Shown in pieces: positions 38,422 to 48,132 of a stretch of 64,000 bases of DNA. Where the stretch lies: positions 116,793-180,792 of IMG/VR virus record IMGVR_UViG_3300023199_000127; one strand, 5' to 3'. Position 1 is the first letter of the stretch, and each line of letters opens with the position of its first letter. The notes below the pieces were generated by a model, which saw only the letters and a program-made list of their open reading frames with translations, was not told where the DNA came from and searched no databases. Origin of the DNA: a virus. A program made the translations under genes and the position numbers.

Positions 38422-38770
38422 CCTCGTCCACTTCCTCGATCGGCTCGTCGTAATTCTCGATGGTGCCGACGAGGAACGGGATGATGACGAGCAGCTGCGC
38501 TGCTCCCGGCCCGCGTGACGACTGGGTCATCCGATACACCGTACCGCCCATATTCAGGCTCACAATCGGCTGACCACGATCTGTGTACCGCTTCTTGATG
38601 CGGTATCCGGAGATGATGCGCTCGTCGTCATCGGAGAGGAGAAACTGAAATCCCTCTTCGAGGACGCGCTTCACATGTATATCGTCGACTTGTCCGCCTC
38701 CGATTTCGGCGACAAAATCGGAGCCGCCATGGAATACGCGTCCCGTGGCGGCTTGTCTTTGCTTGCCCAT
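38387..38770 (-). CDS. Hypothetical protein
   Basis: CAGGAGG RBS before MGKQRQ. Confidence 0.55.
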   Translation of the reverse strand: MGKQRQAATGRVFHGGSDFVAEIGGGQVDDIHVKRVLEEGFQFLLSDDDERIISGYRIKKRYTDRGQPIVSLNMGGTVYRMTQSSRGPGAAQLLVIIPFLVGTIENYDEPIEEVDEDVEEFAASETS

Positions 38771-38835
38771 TGCTTCTACCTCCTGGTTGAAATTTGGAAC
38801 ACGATTAAGTGTGGTGACACCCAACCGACGTTGCA

Positions 38836-39204
38836 CTAAGCGACGGCGGTCTGTTCTTCGAAGAGTGTTTGTGCCGCCTCTTCCAAAGTCTGAAACACAG
38901 TCCCATCAATCACGATCTTTCGCATTACGATCGTGAATTGCGTAGGATCTGCTTGGCTAGGAACTTCTAGCTCTGCCCAGCTGATCTCATGCCCAGCTCT
39001 AACGAGCATGGCCCACGGATCATCCGATTGCCAAGCATTCTGTTGAATCACACTGATCTTAGCCATGTCATTATGTAGCGTGACATGTCTCTGTCCAGTG
39101 CTAGATAGCACATGGATCTCCCAGCGATTTTTCGATGTTTCAAAGTGGTCGGATTCACTATGCAGAGCTTTGTGTGCGAACTCCGCAACCTTATCAAATT
39201 TCAC
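38836..39204 (-). CDS. Hypothetical protein
   Basis: 122 aa ORF. Confidence 0.55.
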   Translation of the reverse strand: MKFDKVAEFAHKALHSESDHFETSKNRWEIHVLSSTGQRHVTLHNDMAKISVIQQNAWQSDDPWAMLVRAGHEISWAELEVPSQADPTQFTIVMRKIVIDGTVFQTLEEAAQTLFEEQTAVA

Positions 39205-39731
39205 TATTCGAACACTCCTTCTTCGTGCTGAGCGATGAACATGCTAATCTCTTCATCGCTATCCGCGGCGTTTGCGATTGCGCCTGCGACCTTGATATCG
39301 GGCACAGCCATCATCTCCATTACCTCTCGGATCTTTTGCACCTCGTCCTGCTGGGCTTCGTAGACGATCACAATGCTCGTACGCCATACGCCGCGGTCAT
39401 TTGTTCCAATACGGCTAATGGCGCAATTCAGAATCCTATTCTCCTTGAGAAGCCGGGCAATGATAGGGGCATAGTTCTTTGGGATGTACCCGATACGCTG
39501 CGAAGCAGTATCGGGTACATCCCTCGGCTTGCCTCTAGGTGGTACCCAGACACTCACCGCGTTCTTGTCTTTGGGATTGCTAGGTTCTGGTAGAAGGTTC
39601 ACCGCTTGCTTCGGGAGGAGCAAGCGGAGAAGTCCCCGGTCTTCCTGGTAATCCGTGCCAAAGACTGGAAGAATGATTTCCTCGGGCCAAGATTCGGGGC
39701 GAGGATTCTGAAGTACGTCTTGTTGAGCCAT
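39204..39731 (-). CDS. HIRAN domain protein
   Basis: VNLLPEPSNPKDKNAVSV..IGYIPKNYAPII. Confidence 0.8.
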   Translation of the reverse strand: MAQQDVLQNPRPESWPEEIILPVFGTDYQEDRGLLRLLLPKQAVNLLPEPSNPKDKNAVSVWVPPRGKPRDVPDTASQRIGYIPKNYAPIIARLLKENRILNCAISRIGTNDRGVWRTSIVIVYEAQQDEVQKIREVMEMMAVPDIKVAGAIANAADSDEEISMFIAQHEEGVFE

Positions 39732-40354
39732 AGCTTACGTTCGCTAAGAGAGGCAACCTTTTCCTCTCCTTCATGAATGGTGTGGACGTCGAACCTGAGG
39801 AAACCCATATAGGTTTTCCGCTTACCTGCTGCAGCTCTTGCCTCATGGGCAAGCTCATCACAGATCTCATTGTTATGATTGCCGTCGTGTCCCTTCACAT
39901 GCTTGAGTCTTACAGATCTCCAGCGCTGCTTAGCTCTTCGACAACTCTTGATCAGTTCGACGTTCTTCTTGTTCTTGTACTTACCGAGGATGCTATTAAT
40001 GCACCACTCGGAGTCTGTGTGCAAGATGGCTGTGTCGGTTCGTTCCTCCTCTTTATCAAACTGATCAAAGGGATGAATCATTTTCTTGCTGGCACGAACC
40101 AAAGGACTTGTAGCCTTGAATAGTGCCAGACCGACTCTAATCGCCATCAGCTCTGCGGTATTGTTGGTGGGCCCATCAGGGGCCATCAACTGACCCGGTG
40201 CAAAACTGATCTTCACACCCCATGTACCTTCATGGGTACGTAGATCAGGCTGCCACAGGGCAACAATTCCACAACCAGTAGCGTGGCCACGATGGTGGCC
40301 ACTGCCATCGGTCCAGATTGAGTAATACTGCTTACTAGGACGCGCTTCCAACAT
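39599..40354 (-). CDS. rnhA: Ribonuclease H (HI-like)
   Basis: IWTDGS; TNNTAELMA; HTDSEW; HVKGHDGNHNNEICDELA; start placed at MLEARP. Confidence 0.88.
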   Translation of the reverse strand: MLEARPSKQYYSIWTDGSGHHRGHATGCGIVALWQPDLRTHEGTWGVKISFAPGQLMAPDGPTNNTAELMAIRVGLALFKATSPLVRASKKMIHPFDQFDKEEERTDTAILHTDSEWCINSILGKYKNKKNVELIKSCRRAKQRWRSVRLKHVKGHDGNHNNEICDELAHEARAAAGKRKTYMGFLRFDVHTIHEGEEKVASLSERKLWLNKTYFRILAPNLGPRKSFFQSLARITRKTGDFSACSSRSKR

Positions 40355-40826
40355 CTGCGGAAGCGATGCGTTGATGTACTTCAACGTAGGTTCCCTTACC
40401 GGGGTTAGGCTCTGCAAAGTGCTTCTTGAAGAAGCCATAGACGACTGTAGGTAGGATGTCGTCCTGTCCTGCCCCCGGCAGGAAACAGGCGACCGACTTC
40501 GCCTCCAATGTCTCCGCCTTCTCCTTGAGTTTGCCCAACACCTCATCGATGTACTTGTACTTGATGCCCTGTTCATCAGAGATGTTGGCGAAGATAACCT
40601 GCATGTTCGCTGGGAGCGCCACATGCATAGCCTTCTTCTTGTCATCCTTTAGAAGAGCCATCATGCCTGGCTCCCACCGAGGGTTCTCCTCAAGCTTCTT
40701 GAGTCGTTCCCAAACGATAGCAGGAATGACACCCTGTACCTCAGAAGGGAAGTCGTTAATGTTGAAGATCAAGAGAGTGTCACAAATACACTCTTTCAGA
40801 TCTGCATTCTTTATCAGCTTGAGCAT
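40335..40826 (-). CDS. Divergent Macro domain (Poa1/TARG1-like)
   Basis: LKLIKNADL..IFNIND..KYKYIDEVL..SVACFLPGAG..VEVH topology. Confidence 0.55.
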   Translation of the reverse strand: MLKLIKNADLKECICDTLLIFNINDFPSEVQGVIPAIVWERLKKLEENPRWEPGMMALLKDDKKKAMHVALPANMQVIFANISDEQGIKYKYIDEVLGKLKEKAETLEAKSVACFLPGAGQDDILPTVVYGFFKKHFAEPNPGKGTYVEVHQRIASADVGSAS

Positions 40827-41020
40827 GATTTGTTCTTCTTCAAACGATGAAGTAGCCGCCGGTACATGACCTTAGGTCTACCCCTAGAACTGTCTAGGTA
40901 GACTACATACTCCTGGTCATCTTGAAAGCCACAGCATGCTGCAAGATCGTTCAGAGTTTTCGTTGCAATCTTACGATCGGCTAGATGCTTTGGTGCAGCA
41001 ATGTAGTGATCTTCATACAA
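40814..41020 (-). CDS. Small hypothetical protein
   Basis: 68 aa ORF. Confidence 0.4.
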   Translation of the reverse strand: MYEDHYIAAPKHLADRKIATKTLNDLAACCGFQDDQEYVVYLDSSRGRPKVMYRRLLHRLKKNKSCSS

Positions 41021-41160
41021 TGTATCCTTGAATTTCGCCCCCCGGGCGATTGCGAGTTTTGCAGCGGGTCACAATCGAGTGATCTCACCTTCCTTGTTGC
41101 CCCGACCCCAGTGTATGTCAAAGTAGTCGGCTTTCTTCAGCGCAGCTTTCACTTCCTTAA

Positions 41161-42300
41161 TTACCTGCTTGCTTCTCTGCACGGTTTTCCTCTTTCTTTA
41201 AGCCTATTGGCGATGGCCTTGTAGATCTGTTCGGTGGTGTCTTTCTGATCGAACATTGAGAAGAGCATGCCGCGGACCTCCGCGGGTGCTCTATCCTGTA
41301 CAGCAAGAGCAAACGCCTTCCTGTTACCCTTTAGGTGGAGTAGGTCGCGCCACAAAGAGTCCACCAGTTCCCGGATTTCCCAGAATGCCAGGTTCAACTG
41401 GCCGATTAAATCGTCGAACTCATCCACCCTGTGGTCAGGAAGGCCCTCTCTGAGCTCCTGGACGAGTGTTTGCAGGTCGCCGGCCGGTGAGATACCCTCG
41501 TCCAGATGACGCGTCCTGAGGGCCCCCAGGAGCCTCTTGAAGGTCACCTCGTCGACCAGCCTATGCATTTCCACATAGTCGGGGCTCTTAATCTTTACGC
41601 GGAGACCATTGTCCCAGCGCACGACATAGCCCTCATGGTTCTCTCGGAAGGTGGGATTGGTCAGGTCGTGGATGTCGTACAGCTCTGGAAGTCGCATGCC
41701 CAGTCTGCGTGCATACCGCTTCAAGACGCTCTGAGAGACCTCGAGTCCACTACGGGTATGGATGACCCCAAGGAGCACCAGCTCCTTGCGGTCCTTGTAA
41801 TCCACCACAATACGGTTCTCAGGGTAAATGATCTCGGTCAGTATGGTCACATTCTTGGGAATTTCGTCGAAGTTGTAACGGCGCCGGCCGAAGTCCTGTG
41901 CCCACTCCGCCTGTTCACTAGTGAAGCTGCCACGGGTGCTACAGTACCAGTCTCCCTCCCAGTTCCACCAGATCCCCAAGCTACCGTCTATCTTCTCCTC
42001 GGCTTGATAGCCGATGAGCCACGGGTCAGGAAAGTTCTCTGGTGAAGAGACGGGCATCTCGCCAAGATTAAAGAACTTACGGAAGGGACGAGCAATCAGC
42101 TTGTCCCCATGAGAGTGGAGGATCAGACCACGGGATTGAGTAGTGACATCATCCCATGCACGTTGAAACGCGCACTCGTTGGTGTAGTTGTAAAGCGTGA
42201 GAGGAAAAATCGGGTGCGACTGCTTGCTAATAAGACCGCGCTCGATATATTCGTCGAGCTCAATCCTAAGCGGTGCACGATCTGTCTCAAACTCAATCAC
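41161..42300 (-). CDS. T4 Rnl1-like RNA ligase
   Basis: PFRKFFNLGE; EEKIDGSLG; STRGSF; LTEII; EGYVV; RVKIKS. Confidence 0.9.
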   Translation of the reverse strand: MIEFETDRAPLRIELDEYIERGLISKQSHPIFPLTLYNYTNECAFQRAWDDVTTQSRGLILHSHGDKLIARPFRKFFNLGEMPVSSPENFPDPWLIGYQAEEKIDGSLGIWWNWEGDWYCSTRGSFTSEQAEWAQDFGRRRYNFDEIPKNVTILTEIIYPENRIVVDYKDRKELVLLGVIHTRSGLEVSQSVLKRYARRLGMRLPELYDIHDLTNPTFRENHEGYVVRWDNGLRVKIKSPDYVEMHRLVDEVTFKRLLGALRTRHLDEGISPAGDLQTLVQELREGLPDHRVDEFDDLIGQLNLAFWEIRELVDSLWRDLLHLKGNRKAFALAVQDRAPAEVRGMLFSMFDQKDTTEQIYKAIANRLKERGKPCREASR

Positions 42301-43280
42301 CGTCTGACCTCCACAGTATCGAAGCCCTCCTTAACGAGCTTCTCTCTGATCTGCTCGTCAGTGATCCTGGCCATCTGGCCACCCAGACTGGTGCACAGGT
42401 TACCGTGCATCTGCTTGATGACACGCTCCGGGACCTTGCGCTCGCGCAGCTCATTCTGGTCGAGCGCCACCTCAACCGGATGGGCAAATACAACAGCCGT
42501 GAACTTCAGACCTTCGATCTGGCTGTTGTACCAGTCCATAGTGGACTTGCGATGATGTGCCACACAATTCGTCTGGTCAAGGATAGGGATGTCTCCACGA
42601 CCGATCGTCGCAAGCGCCAGCTTGCGAACGATCTGCGTTACAACCTCCTCCTGATGCTCCAGGTACGAACCGAGCTGCCAACGAACCTCGTCCCTGCAGA
42701 TACGAGTATAGACATGGCTATCGCCATTATCATTACTCTCAGCAATCTCCTTGGCCCAGGTCGTCTTACCAACGCCCGGAGGACCAAGTGTCATGCAGAT
42801 TCTGCCAGGACGAGGGTCACAAGAGCTCATAAGACTAAAGGCCTTATGGATCATATCCTCAGACACTTCCATCTCTGCTCTGCCACCACGATCACACTTA
42901 TTCAGATCCTGCAGGTCCTTGAACCACGGGTGCTCCTCAAGCTCCTTGCGCTTCTGCTTCTTCATCTGGCTATTCTCATAGAAGAAGTAGCGCATATGAT
43001 TCGCGACCAACCAGTGAACCTTGCAAGTCACGTCACTGCAGATCATCTTGGCGCCACGATAAGCGTGCTCACGCCACTTCTGACCGTCGGTAGTATTCTT
43101 TCCGACATCATGCAGAAGGGCGGCCATCTGAAACCCCCAGTCATTGGTACGTCTCAGAGCTGCCAGGAGCCATGTCTGATAGAGATGGCTCATGACATTG
43201 GGCTCCGGATGGAAGTCCTTCGGATTGTCCTCGTAGTTCTGACAATCGAGGACGAGTCTCTTCAACTTGTGTGAAATCAT
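42297..43280 (-). CDS. HD-domain phosphohydrolase fused to a P-loop polynucleotide kinase
   Basis: AALLHDVGK..HA..GA..NHM; GPPGVGKTTW; ICRDEVR; ILDQTN; RERKVPE. Confidence 0.85.
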   Translation of the reverse strand: MISHKLKRLVLDCQNYEDNPKDFHPEPNVMSHLYQTWLLAALRRTNDWGFQMAALLHDVGKNTTDGQKWREHAYRGAKMICSDVTCKVHWLVANHMRYFFYENSQMKKQKRKELEEHPWFKDLQDLNKCDRGGRAEMEVSEDMIHKAFSLMSSCDPRPGRICMTLGPPGVGKTTWAKEIAESNDNGDSHVYTRICRDEVRWQLGSYLEHQEEVVTQIVRKLALATIGRGDIPILDQTNCVAHHRKSTMDWYNSQIEGLKFTAVVFAHPVEVALDQNELRERKVPERVIKQMHGNLCTSLGGQMARITDEQIREKLVKEGFDTVEVRR

Positions 43281-43666
43281 TTCACTATCATGTGGTGCTG
43301 TTCTTCGGAAAACTTCTTATTGTGGCGTGACCCGGTCATCCACCGTAGCAACGGCATCTCGTTCAACCACTCGCTAATTGTCGGGATGAAACCGAGATTC
43401 TCGATGATGTGATCCTCAGCGATTTGACGCACCGGTACCCACTTCACGCTAGGACCAGCATCCATCTCGATCATGATCTGGATAGCAGGTCCAAAGACCT
43501 GCTCAGCCAGATGCGGACCCCACGAATTGTGCAGAATAATCCGATGACGGATATCTGAACAGGCACTCTTCGTTTCATCAAACCACTGATGAATCTTGAA
43601 GTAATCCTCAGGAGAACCACCGTACTTCCGAGCACTGTTTTCAGCATAAACCCACGGTTTACTCAT
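43277..43666 (-). CDS. DUF6915-like protein
   Basis: SARKYGG..DYFKIHQWFD..DIRHR..VPVRQIAEDHI..GFIPT. Confidence 0.7.
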   Translation of the reverse strand: MSKPWVYAENSARKYGGSPEDYFKIHQWFDETKSACSDIRHRIILHNSWGPHLAEQVFGPAIQIMIEMDAGPSVKWVPVRQIAEDHIIENLGFIPTISEWLNEMPLLRWMTGSRHNKKFSEEQHHMIVK

Positions 43667-44234
43667 CGAGTTTCTCCAACTCTCTGACAGCATCTTCAAA
43701 GTAGAGATATGCTCCTTCCTTGAATTCTCCATCGAGTTTTACTTGCCGCATATCGTAGAACGTAGAGTGTGCGAAGAACTTGATTAGCTCAGTGTACGAC
43801 TTGATACTTCTACACTTCATTGGCGGCCAAATGTCGGCCATATCCTCCAGAACCTTATTAAAGACACGGAGATCGCCGGACACAAACAGATCCTGCTCCT
43901 CCTTATTCATCTTTTTCGCACCAAGATTCTTCAAGGCCCATTTCGCAAAATCAGCCGGCGTAAACTCTCTGCGCAAAGCTTCACGAACTATCTCGCTAAA
44001 AGATACCCCTTGTGCATTAGCACACCAGCAGTAGAGAGAAGAAACTTTCTCATTACTCCATGCTAGCGCTTCAGAACGTACCCAGGTTCGGAAAGCTTCT
44101 GTACGATCGCTAAAGACTTGCTGCACATGGCCAGCTTCGTCGATATCGTAATTGTATTGATCGTTGTACTCGAAGCAGATGCCCGAGAGAACGTATACAA
44201 ACTCACCGATATCTCCGTCTTTACGACTCGCCAT
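43659..44234 (-). CDS. Hypothetical protein
   Basis: Start placed at MASRKDG. Confidence 0.6.
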   Translation of the reverse strand: MASRKDGDIGEFVYVLSGICFEYNDQYNYDIDEAGHVQQVFSDRTEAFRTWVRSEALAWSNEKVSSLYCWCANAQGVSFSEIVREALRREFTPADFAKWALKNLGAKKMNKEEQDLFVSGDLRVFNKVLEDMADIWPPMKCRSIKSYTELIKFFAHSTFYDMRQVKLDGEFKEGAYLYFEDAVRELEKLDE

Positions 44235-44247
44235 CGTTCGTCTTCTG

Positions 44248-44556
44248 CTACTCAGCCTTCTCGGTACGCGCTTCTTCAGCAACCATCTCCGCCTTCTTGC
44301 GCTCTGCCTTGGCTATAGTGTCGAGGACACCCGTGTGGGTCTCGAGACAGTTCACCCATGACATCCTGGCAGTGCTCTCGCACAGCTCCATCAGGAAAGT
44401 AAGGGCTCGATCCTCGGTTACACCGCTCTTCTGCAAGCGTTCCTGGAGACCCGGTTTCATGTTCTCCCAGAACAAGTCGAAATAGGTCTGCGGAATCTGT
44501 TGCTCTGAATTCTGCTTACTCACTGTTCTTCTCCGGCTCCCCAAAATCGGGGACAT
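44248..44556 (-). CDS. Hypothetical protein
   Basis: ORF; start uncertain. Confidence 0.5.
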   Translation of the reverse strand: MSPILGSRRRTVSKQNSEQQIPQTYFDLFWENMKPGLQERLQKSGVTEDRALTFLMELCESTARMSWVNCLETHTGVLDTIAKAERKKAEMVAEEARTEKAE

Positions 44557-44728
44557 CCCAGTTCAAGAACTGGGGGTCAAATGACTGTTTGAAATGGCCA
44601 AAGTCCACAAGGACTTGGCCATTCTCATACTCAATGACAGTACCGATGGGTCGCCTTGTCATGAGCCTAAGGCACTTCTGACCCGGCTCAGGATTCGGGT
44701 TGTTCGTGGGCTTCTTCAGCATTGCCAT
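44516..44728 (-). CDS. Small SH3-like beta-barrel protein
   Basis: PEPGQKC..IGTVIEYENGQVLVDFG. Confidence 0.5.
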   Translation of the reverse strand: MAMLKKPTNNPNPEPGQKCLRLMTRRPIGTVIEYENGQVLVDFGHFKQSFDPQFLNWDVPDFGEPEKNSE

Positions 44729-45023
44729 CTTCCACAACCTGATTGGCAGCGACGTAGGCCAGCTGCTCAAAACTCACAGGGCTACTGGCAGCCCGCTGAA
44801 GAGCAGACACTGCCGGCGCAGCATTCACAGCTTGTGCTTCCATCTTGTCTAGCTTCTTCAGCATTTTCCGCATCTTCTTATTCGTGGTATGTCGATCAGG
44901 CCTACTCAGTTCCTGATAAGCCTTCTTGATGCGGCGCCAGTTCTGCCAAAAGGCTTCCGGCCTACCACGATAGTAGAACCTGAAGTAATACCTGCGAAGC
45001 AGGTTGAGAGTCTTCTTACGCAC
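44688..45023 (-). CDS. Hypothetical basic protein
   Basis: 111 aa ORF. Confidence 0.5.
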   Translation of the reverse strand: MRKKTLNLLRRYYFRFYYRGRPEAFWQNWRRIKKAYQELSRPDRHTTNKKMRKMLKKLDKMEAQAVNAAPAVSALQRAASSPVSFEQLAYVAANQVVEDGNAEEAHEQPES

Positions 45024-45052
45024 AAGTTCTCCTCTTAGTAAACCGGTAGATT

Positions 45053-45739
45053 CTAGACAGTCGGAATGTTCCCAGGATCATTGACCCAAAACTTGTCATG
45101 GATCCAGTTGTAAAGCTGAACAGCATTACCAACACCATCCTCAGCACGATGGTTATCAGTAGGCTTAGGCTTCTTGAACTGATAACGCTCCTTGGCACTT
45201 TCCCACAAGCTCGAAACATCAATGTTGCGATGATGCAGAATGCTTTCGAAGAACGGCATATGCCGTTGCAAATGCACACGATCAGTCCAGACTGAATTGC
45301 CGAAGAGCTTGGCCTCGCCAAGCTCAAAGTGCTGCAGGGTCCAATTTGTCAGCTCACGCTCAACCTTGGCTAGATCAATACCAGATATGTAAGACAGAGT
45401 AGTAAGCTCATTCCCTCGAATATTCTTCCTGCGTTCCTCTTCAGTCTCAGAAATAGGACCAGTACCGCAGTGAAATCTGCTATTTAGAATCGCATCAATG
45501 TCACCATGAGCGTTCTTGCAGAACTGGTCCATGTCTCTGAGCTGACTGTATGAGGCGCGGATAACCCACTTCTTCCAATCAACAATCTTGACCCACCCAG
45601 TGACTTCTCGATCATCTCTCAGTGTAGCTGCACAGATCTCGAGAAGTACACTGTTCGGATCTTGACAGAGACCTGTGGTTTCCAGATCAAGTGCAAGCCA
45701 GGGCTTCAGTTTCTCATGTCCCGCTTTAGTTTTCGGCAT
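45053..45739 (-). CDS. orn: Oligoribonuclease-like DEDDh exonuclease
   Basis: LDLETTGL; GNSVWTDRVHL..HMP; HHRNIDVSSL; HRAEDG; TAATG coupling to thyX. Confidence 0.8.
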   Translation of the reverse strand: MPKTKAGHEKLKPWLALDLETTGLCQDPNSVLLEICAATLRDDREVTGWVKIVDWKKWVIRASYSQLRDMDQFCKNAHGDIDAILNSRFHCGTGPISETEEERRKNIRGNELTTLSYISGIDLAKVERELTNWTLQHFELGEAKLFGNSVWTDRVHLQRHMPFFESILHHRNIDVSSLWESAKERYQFKKPKPTDNHRAEDGVGNAVQLYNWIHDKFWVNDPGNIPTV

Positions 45740-46737
45740 TACAGACCCATCTTCTCGTTGAATTCGTTGACGCGTCGATCGGTGAAGCCACGTGCCTTCA
45801 GGCTGCAGGCAATTTCGTCTGCGCTGCACTCCCCATTACGGGCCAAATCGGAATTGTATATAAACTCCAGGATCGCTTCCTTCTCCTGACTGGTAAGAAA
45901 AGCGCCCCCTTGCATGTCTAGGAATACTTCCCATGTAAGCGGCACATGCTCCCGCACAAAGACCTCAATAGCCTCTGCAAAAGCTCTCATCTCGCCTTGT
46001 GCATGCGTATCTAGACGCAGACGAAGGAAGTGCATCAAGTTGTGGAGATCCATCTTCCAGTACCACTCAGTGTACTGAGTCAGAGGCAGAACAGTACGCG
46101 CGATCTCACGCGCAGTACCCTTGCTCAGCAACGTTTCGTACATAGCACGAGCTGATTTATTCTGCGCATCAATCGATGTGCGAATGTCTTTTAGTTCAGC
46201 ATGCAACTCGGGATCCAGTGCTGAAAGGATGCACTCTCTACGTGCCCACGCTTTCTCCGTGGGCGTATCAAAGTACGATGCAGACTCGGCGACCGTGGCC
46301 CAGTCAATAGCCGGATATGTACCTGACGTTGCCTCATTGACCATACGATTAATATCACCAAGGCTCCTGCCTTGCTTATTGGTCTTGGACTGGTTGGCAA
46401 TCGCACCAATCTCGGGAACCCAGAACATGTCCGGCATCTCTGAGTACCGCCCGCTGTACTCATTCAGCGAGGCGGTACGGTGACGCACCCACTGACGTGC
46501 CACAAAGATAGGCATACGAGCCACAAACTTGAACTCCACCATCTCAAACGGCGTCGTATGACGATGCCTCAAGAGATAGTTGATCAAGCCTGCATCCTCA
46601 CGGGTGGTCTTGGTACCCTTACCATAGCTTACACGAGCCGCTTGGACGATAGACGAATCATCGCCCATGACATCTACAAGGCCCACAAAACCATGGTTCA
46701 ACACCTTAATGTAGGGAAAGTCGGGGTAATCACTCAT
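45739..46737 (-). CDS. thyX: Flavin-dependent thymidylate synthase
   Basis: AARVSYG; HTTPFEM; RQWVRHRTASLNEYSGRY; AREIARTVLP; NLMHFLRLR. Confidence 0.95.
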   Translation of the reverse strand: MSDYPDFPYIKVLNHGFVGLVDVMGDDSSIVQAARVSYGKGTKTTREDAGLINYLLRHRHTTPFEMVEFKFVARMPIFVARQWVRHRTASLNEYSGRYSEMPDMFWVPEIGAIANQSKTNKQGRSLGDINRMVNEATSGTYPAIDWATVAESASYFDTPTEKAWARRECILSALDPELHAELKDIRTSIDAQNKSARAMYETLLSKGTAREIARTVLPLTQYTEWYWKMDLHNLMHFLRLRLDTHAQGEMRAFAEAIEVFVREHVPLTWEVFLDMQGGAFLTSQEKEAILEFIYNSDLARNGECSADEIACSLKARGFTDRRVNEFNEKMGL

Positions 46738-47017
46738 GAATCTTGCTTTTTACGAGTCTCATTTGTCTTCTCAAATGCATGTGGCGATGACGACGACGCA
46801 CCTCATCGAAATGTCGCTTGGCCTCTTGCCACTTCTCCACCAGCTGTACTAGCTGTGTGTTTGATCTACCGGAAACGACTGGGATTCCAAAAGCATGGAG
46901 TCGCTTCGCTGCCTGATTCATCTGACGAATGAGATGCGGAGAAATGAATCCATGATGAGCTTTATAGATCAGCACGTTTTGTCTCAATTCCTCCCACTCG
47001 TCTACCCATCGCCTCAA
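46730..47017 (-). CDS. Hypothetical protein
   Basis: 95 aa ORF. Confidence 0.5.
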   Translation of the reverse strand: MRRWVDEWEELRQNVLIYKAHHGFISPHLIRQMNQAAKRLHAFGIPVVSGRSNTQLVQLVEKWQEAKRHFDEVRRRHRHMHLRRQMRLVKSKIHE

Positions 47018-47020
47018 TAG

Positions 47021-47353
47021 CTACAACAGCTCTGCGTCTGTTGAGCATTGTGACTTGTTTGCGATATCGCAGATTCGATGGAACGTGTCGATATACCGCT
47101 TGTCATTGGGAGTACTCACAGCCATCAGACGTGCTTTGATCTCGTCATCATGCTCATGTGCCTTAGCGAGTTGGCCCCCAAGCTTCTCAATATGCTTCTC
47201 GGCTTCGTACAACTCAGCCCGAGCTTCTTCTCGCTGATTCTCCAATGTGTCGATTCTACGCATATACTCCCTAATCGTCTTCGTATCCGCATTGGAGAAC
47301 TTGATATATCGACGCACCTCTTTCTTGAAAGTCTCTACACGATTCAGAAGCAC
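47021..47353 (-). CDS. Coiled-coil hypothetical protein
   Basis: Heptad pattern. Confidence 0.55.
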   Translation of the reverse strand: MLLNRVETFKKEVRRYIKFSNADTKTIREYMRRIDTLENQREEARAELYEAEKHIEKLGGQLAKAHEHDDEIKARLMAVSTPNDKRYIDTFHRICDIANKSQCSTDAELL

Positions 47354-47574
47354 GTCTATAACGGGCTTCTGATCCTACTCAATGTGCACGAATGCCTCAG
47401 CAATGCGACGGGTGAGGTCATCGTGGTTCTCCAACGCCGCATAAGCAGCCAGGCCGAGCGTCTTCGACCACGTTTCCACGATCTCCTCGGCACGAGAAAC
47501 GAAGGAGGGATTACCAAAAGCTCCATCCGTCTCAGCGTTACCGCTCAGACCAGATGCCTCCGGGTCGTTGCCTG

Positions 47575-48132
47575 CTAATCTCCATCGCTCTCCTCCCGTA
47601 GCGCCTTGGCGCGGGCGCGGAACATCAGCGCGAGTCGGTTCGCGCAATCCTGATACCCGCGTCGGTATGCGTCGACCTTCGCGTCGATCTTCACGCCGGG
47701 AATCTCATGGAGTTGGTAGTGGCCGTGGCAGTCGTCCGCATTCCACTCCAGCATCCCCGCCTCGAACTCGCGGACGAGGGCGTCGGCTTCGTCGGGGAAC
47801 TGCCATCGGTACTCGCCAGCCTCCTCATCCCAGAGGGCGACGCCCAGCAGCTTCTCCAGCAGTTCGTCGCGCGTCATCTCCGCACGCTGGCGCGAGCTTT
47901 CCCGGGGCGGCGCTCCCGGTGAGGTAGGGCCACCGACACCATGCTGCCGCGTCACGGCTGCGCCCGGGCTTTCCCCTGTGGGCGGACCCGCTCCCCCTTT
48001 ATTAGTCTTGTCGAGCTTCGCGCGCAGGGCGGCGCGTTCGCCGCCCTCGTCGCGCAACCAAGCCTTATACAGGTCGAGGCCGGCCGTGAGCCATTCGATG
48101 AACTCCTCGTATGCTTTGTGGCAGGGCTTCAT
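47575..48132 (-). CDS. Chimeric-looking 185 aa protein sharing termini with the pentapeptide protein
   Basis: ATGA overlap at 48129-48132; LDLYKAWLRDEGGERAALR; ends DGD*. Confidence 0.5.
   Translation of the reverse strand: MKPCHKAYEEFIEWLTAGLDLYKAWLRDEGGERAALRAKLDKTNKGGAGPPTGESPGAAVTRQHGVGGPTSPGAPPRESSRQRAEMTRDELLEKLLGVALWDEEAGEYRWQFPDEADALVREFEAGMLEWNADDCHGHYQLHEIPGVKIDAKVDAYRRGYQDCANRLALMFRARAKALREESDGD

Noticed and set aside
33647-39204. Sigma factor or alpha subunit near the RNAP genes
   Set aside because: No sigma region 2/4 or RpoA motifs are recognisable by eye; absence needs a profile search
40355-40645. Long N-terminal extensions given by the ORF track (RNase H; also 29302-29589, 55525-55839, 63049-63240)
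   Set aside because: They overlap other genes in alternative frames, and downstream starts with RBS or coupling fit better
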